Of a stretch of 64,000 nucleotides of DNA, positions 58,235 to 64,000 are shown one piece after another. Location: contig OX597819.1 in assembly GCA_951406725.2 (NCBI GenBank), positions 98,270,001 through 98,334,000 on the forward strand. Reading direction: 5' to 3'. The notes beneath the pieces are model-generated. The model was given only the letters and a program-made list of their open reading frames with translations. It was not told the DNA's origin and made no database searches. The DNA is from Octopus vulgaris (lineage: Eukaryota). The position numbers and the translations under genes were made by a program. How positions within the stretch are numbered: position 1 is the stretch's first letter; each line of letters begins with the position of its first letter.

Positions 58235-58331
58235 TCTTCTGGAAAACTTGAAAAGGCAGAAATTCTGGAAATGACCGTTGAATACCTAAGAGCTGTCCAA
58301 GCTACAGAAATCGGAATGAGGTTTGAAAATG
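58235..58331 (+). CDS. HELT: HELT/Heslike bHLH, loop + helix 2 exon (SSGKLEKAEILEMTVEYLRAVQATEIGMRFEN)
   Basis: Pyrimidine-rich tttcAG acceptor, in frame with the previous exon (AKQ|SSGKLEKAEILEMTV.YLRA), G|GTAAGG donor in phase 1. The first exon and the Orange-domain exon were not found in the window. Confidence 0.9.
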
Positions 58332-58507
58332 GTAAGGAAGCGAAGATTCAATTATGTACCCACCCACAATGTATACTTTATGGTGACGCTAAGAATTATT
58401 TCATCATTCAGGATTGTTTTTGGTATCATGCAGGAACACTAGGTGTGTCCTGCTTAACAACCGATGTTGGTGTGTTTACGTCACCGTAACTTAGTATGTA
58501 TGTATAA

Positions 58508-58550
<43 letters not shown>

Positions 58551-58882
58551 TGCATATATTTACAGACATATATATATACATATATACATACTCATATATA
58601 CATGCATATATATATGTGTATGTATGTATGTATGTATGTATGTATGTATGTATGTATGCATGTATGCATGTATGTATGTATGTATGTATGTATGTATGTA
58701 TGTATGTATGTATGTATGCATGTATGTATGACGACGACTTGGTTGGCCGAAACTTTTAAGTCACTGTCAACAAAATTCTTGTTTAAAGATAATAAATTTG
58801 TACTCTTCAAAAGTATAGAGTAACCCATCAAATTGATGTAAAACTGTTTTTATTATAACTGAAGATGAAAATAAACATTAAA

Positions 58883-58917
<35 letters not shown>

Positions 58918-58929
58918 TGTATGTGTGTT

Positions 58930-58982
<53 letters not shown>

Positions 58983-59200
58983 GGGCAGACAGACAGACAA
59001 ACAAACAGACAGACACATATGTAATACATATTCATGCTTATAATTCTTAGAAGAGGTCGCATGTTTATTATTTGACCCCAGTATATAACTGCTTATCATT
59101 TTAACGATTCTGTTAGTGATGGTGGTATAGTGATAGAAGTGTTGCCATTGTTACTGCTGCTTGTGTTGATGGTGGTAGTTGTGAAATGATGATGATGGTA

Positions 59201-59233
<33 letters not shown>

Positions 59234-59334
59234 GTGGCGTTGATAGCACAATTTTAACATGTAATTAACGTAGTTATCTATATAATGAAGTGTGTTCGTT
59301 CGCCCGGGTGTCATTATTTTTGCGAACGCCGCAA

Positions 59335-59392
59335 GACGGCGACACGTGCACAGTTTGTGCAATCCACGTGACGTACGAATGCCACGTGACCC
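59335..59392. promoter_or_regulatory. Candidate intronic enhancer: triple CACGTG
   Basis: CACGTG at 59343, 59365 and 59383, within 46 bp. Confidence 0.5.
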
Positions 59393-61254
59393 ACTCTCCA
59401 ATCAAGTCATCTTCAAATCTCGTACATTGCTGAAGATGGTGGCAGTCAGTAAATGAAGGCCTGAATTGGTACCAAGTGTTATAATTAGGACAGCAGCAGC
59501 AGGCTTTAGCTTATTAAATAACGGCTCTAGTTTACCCATTCTATATTCAAATAAGACCGCTATTAGTACCATCGCTACTATGATCATTATCACCACCACA
59601 GCCATCATCATTGTCACAACCAACACCGTTAGGAACACTATCACTACTACCACCATCATCACTACCACCACCACTATAACATACAATAACAACTCCAACA
59701 CCACCATCACTTCTTGCCAACACCACTACCACCATGAGCACCACTACCATGCCACTACCATTGTCACCACCGTTACCGAATCGGATCTAGTCTTTTTCAT
59801 TCGCAAATGAGCCCCCTTTAATTTTGCTCAGATTGCTTTCAATTTTGGTGTATCGATGCAACTCTGAATTTTGATTACGATCAACCAATTACTTTATCTC
59901 GTAAATTAAAGAATCTGATGTTGTTTGGAATTGAAATTGGGAAATTTGGGTAATTTTAGGCAATCATCATACAGCGAGGCATTAACTGCTTGTTACCATG
60001 ACAACTGCACGTTGTGTTGCGCTGATTCTTCCCACCACTAGATTTCTTCACCCGCGCGTTTTGTTTTAATAAAAATTTATTTTTATCAATTAGTATTTTA
60101 TTATAGATATATTTCGTCAATTGCCTTAATATTTTGCATATTTTTCATATATATATAGCAAAAGTTGTTTGCGATGTTTATACAGTTTTTGGACATCATG
60201 AAGGTGAAAGGAATATGTGAACTTAGTACTGATAATTTGACATAATTTTTGAATTCTGCATGCAAAAACATATAAGATACAGGTATTCTATTTCTTGGGA
60301 CAAATTTTTTGTTGACCAGTGTTATTCTTATCGTAGTTTACAAATCCAAGCATAGAAACGTTACTCAACTTTGAAGTTTTGGAGACAAACGCCTACATTT
60401 CACGCACGCACTTATGTATTAATGATGTACAGAAATACATGACAGGCATACATAATACTGAAATACGCATAAAGTAAACACATGCAGACAAATATATTAA
60501 TATAACAAAGTTTTAAAAAATAATAAAAACATACAATCAATGAAGAAACAAAAGAAACAGTAAGATGATACACATTGACTTCTTTAGGTATTTCTGTTTA
60601 TTTAGAAAACTACAATAAAATTAGGTATTTTTGTTTATTTAGAAACCTACAATGAAGAGGTCATTTCACAGACGCTAAACTATAAATTTTACAGGGTACA
60701 ACCTTAAAGTTTATACCGCTCCGCTAAACGTAGAACATTTCTATTTCGCTATTGGCTAAAAATACAGTTTTTTTTTCGATTTTTAAACCTCTGTAGCTTC
60801 TTCCTCTAATTTGTTTCTCCAAAACATCATACCTTCATAGCAATTAGATTGGAAAACTACATTGTTATAACCAATTTTCAGATATTTTACTGTCGTTTAA
60901 AAAATGCATATTTTGCTAATGAAAAAATTAGATCCACCAAATCTACCACCACTGTCATCACCCTTACGAACAATACCACCATCAACAATACTGTTGCCAC
61001 CATCAGCATCACTAACATTACTAAAACTTCCACCACATCCACAATCAAAACCACCACCAATACCACCACCACTAACAACAACACCAACACAAACGCCGCC
61101 ACCATCACCACGACCAACAGCAGCAGCAGATTTTTCCCAATAATACCTGACCACTTTAAAAAATAAACATCAAAATTTATTTCGGATCATATAATCATGG
61201 ATATACGAAAAGAGATGGGATGACCACGAACGGACCGACGATTATAGGTCTACA

Positions 61255-61577
61255 CAAGTGGTCCTCAACCAGGGTCCATATAAAATTTTGCGGGATCCAC
61301 GCACACAAAATAGTAATTTGGGGATCAACAGCATTATTTTAAGGGTCCATAATTTTTTTTTTACTTTAAATGGATTTATTGCAAGAACCAGCTAGGTTTC
61401 TTTCTCTAACATGTTTCTTGCTAACGTATTCAAGTGAATGTGTGAAAAACTAAATAGGAATTTTGTAAGAAGTGTCTATAAGACTTGTTTTTTAAACATC
61501 GAATAGCTATGGGTATCCACCAGCATAAAATAGTAATCAAAGGGGCCTATAAATAAAAAATGGTAGAGAGCCACTAG
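61255..61577. mobile_element. hAT-type MITE
   Basis: Ends caagtggtcctcaacc...ggtagagagccacta resemble CAGTGGTTCTCAACC TIRs. Related ends occur at ~230-247, 20909, 52727 and 63721. Confidence 0.55.
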
Positions 61578-61795
61578 TCTACAACGGTTAGGACTAATCT
61601 GTAGCTAAACACTAGCAAAAGAATGTCAATAAGGCCATCAACGGAAAGTCACAGCCGTAATTCACCAGTGAATACGATTTGACAGCGTGAAGTGTACTAT
61701 GGTTTCGTTAGTTGTTCTAAGCGACTGTGTAGTTTGCGAGTAGATAGAGATACCCGTTTGGCTCTCCAACAGAGCATCGAAGATGTGACTGTGAG

Positions 61796-61890
<95 letters not shown>

Positions 61891-64000
61891 AAAGTGGTAC
61901 TCATTAAGAGCTAAGTAGACTGGAACATGATGAAATGATGAGCCTTGCTCAAGGACATAACACTCCGCCTAGACCAGGAATGGAAGGATCTCGTGGCCGT
62001 TACATCGACCCAGTGCGTAACTGGTACTTATTTAATCGACCCCGAAAGGATGAAAGGCAAAATCGGCCCCAGCGGAATTTGAACTTAGAACATAACGGCA
62101 GACGAAATACCTATTTCTTCAGTACCCACAAGGGGCTAAACACAGAGAGGACAAACAAGGACAAACAAACGGATTGAGTCGATTACATCGACCTCAGAGC
62201 GTAACTGATACTTATTTAATCGATCCCGAAAGCATGAAAGGCAAAGTCGACCTCGGCGGAATTTGAACTCAGAACGTGGCGGCAGACGAAATACCGCTAA
62301 GCATTTCACCCGGCGTGCTAACGTTTCTGCCAATTCACCGCCCTACCACCACTATTAATATTGTAAAAGGAATATTTGACAATCCTAAAACACCTAAAAA
62401 TCAAGTCCAGATAACTATATGCTATGAACAACAACAAGAACATTTTTCATTCAGTTATTGCTGACGTCACGAAAGAAAAAGACCGCTGAGATAAGTTGTA
62501 AAGCAGGATGTCATCAAACAGTTTCATCTTTATATTATATATTATATAATCTCCTTTAAGGAGATTTAGAAATATTAATATTTCTAATTTCATCTTTGGT
62601 GCGCTTCTTCTAATATGGACATCAGCTATATATTTAACGTGTTTTAGTTACTAGTCAGCTGTGTCCGTAGTAGTCAAGAAAATGGACGATAACGACGAAG
62701 ATGCAGCCAAACCAGCTAGCTGCTAAAATCACACGACGACGGCTACTGTCATTCTCGACTGAAATAACATCTCATAAATCTTTGAACAATCGCACTTGGT
62801 GTAAACATCTTTTCTTTGTCGTTCATAATCACGGCAGTATATTAATTTACTAACGATAAAAATAAATATTTTTGCAATTAAATCTCAACAGAATTAGTGT
62901 TCTTTCCATCGTCTTCAACTCAACCAAATCATCACAATGGTGACATGCAGAAATGTCATATATTTTCAATATAATTATCATTTGGCGGCGGAACTCTTCG
63001 TTGAAGTAAGTGATGAACTGCTTGTGAACCTTGGTTGTCAAAAACCTTGTGAAACTGGGGAGACGGAAAGTTTTTCGATGGACTAAACCTATTCGAAAAA
63101 AATAGTCAACCCGCCTCCCTATTTAACACCATCTTTTTCAATTCTCTGTTGCAAGTATTCAAGCCATATTAGTAGACTAAAATTTATGTTTGCTTTCTTC
63201 AACTCCCAACTACTACCAATCCCTTAAAGTGCCATGGATGCTGCCTCTACTATTTTAACCAATAGCTTTCCCCTGCCCCCAGAAATTATATACATTGATT
63301 CTCTTACATCTTCAATTAACTGAATTTGGGTGACCCATAACCATCTAATATCATTTTTTTTAATGGCTACACCATTTTTAAAAATAGCCTTCACCATCTG
63401 CATCATGTTTATAATCATATTCAATATATACAGGACCCGATTAAGACCAATTAAAACCCTAATCACAGCCCTGAAATTGTACCCCCTTTAGGACTTCTAT
63501 GATTTAACTGACAACCCATTAACACATAAATACTGAATGTGTAGGAGCTGAAAATAATTGAATGAAATCAATATATTAGAAGATAAGATAGTAGTTTAAT
63601 TGTGCTGGGTGGTAAAATCAGAGACATTGCTTGTCATAAAAATATTCAAGGAAATCTTTCGTTTAGGCTTGTCATTCAGAAAGTCCCGCGGGCCACCGAT
63701 TTCCCACAACAGATCTATGGCAAAAGGTTTCCAAACTGCTAAACAGCGTCACGGCATTTTAGTATGTTGCCGATAATTTCTGAATGTGCCGCGAAATTAA
63801 GATAAATTTTTACAAATATTTGATTATAAAGTATATTTGAGATCTGTCATCTCTGTGAACAGTTAAACAGTTGACTGGTGTCACATGACATATTTAATGT
63901 TTCATTTATTAAATTTGTTAATTTCCTATTGATAAAATTTAATTAATATCACGAACAACTATTCTTTTAAAAACAAATCGCCAATATGCAAAATTTCGAT

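Noticed and set aside
58196-58489. 97-aa ORF as a single-exon gene
   Set aside because: Only 58235-58331 is exon. The flanks are a polypyrimidine tract and intron or SINE sequence.
60849-61166. Thr/Pro-rich ORFs as the next HELT exon or a mucin (also 59466-59810)
   Set aside because: They are degenerate (ACC)n repeats. The phase-1 reading from the AG at about 60881 stops after a few codons, and there is no Orange motif.

Overview
This is AT-rich, microsatellite-saturated eukaryotic DNA, most likely an octopus or other coleoid cephalopod (inferred from the SINE families and repeat landscape). Almost all listed ORFs are translations of simple repeats. The only supportable host gene is a HELT-like (Hairy/E(spl)-family) bHLH gene on the + strand. 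Two of its coding exons are visible (53136-53237 and 58235-58331), with E-box/Su(H) clusters nearby. The rest is transposon relics: Penelope-like elements (GIY-YIG), R4/Dong-type RLE LINEs, Tx1/L1, RTE, mariner, hAT, non-autonomous Helitrons, MITEs and two tRNA-derived SINE families. The strongest non-obvious signal is about 13 type I minimal hammerhead-ribozyme motifs with palindromic stem III, mostly in short or fold-back Penelope-derived inserts within (TA)n tracts. Several carry compensatory changes at the core 3-8 base pair (U3-A8, G3-C8). All alignments and folds were read by eye; no searches were run.
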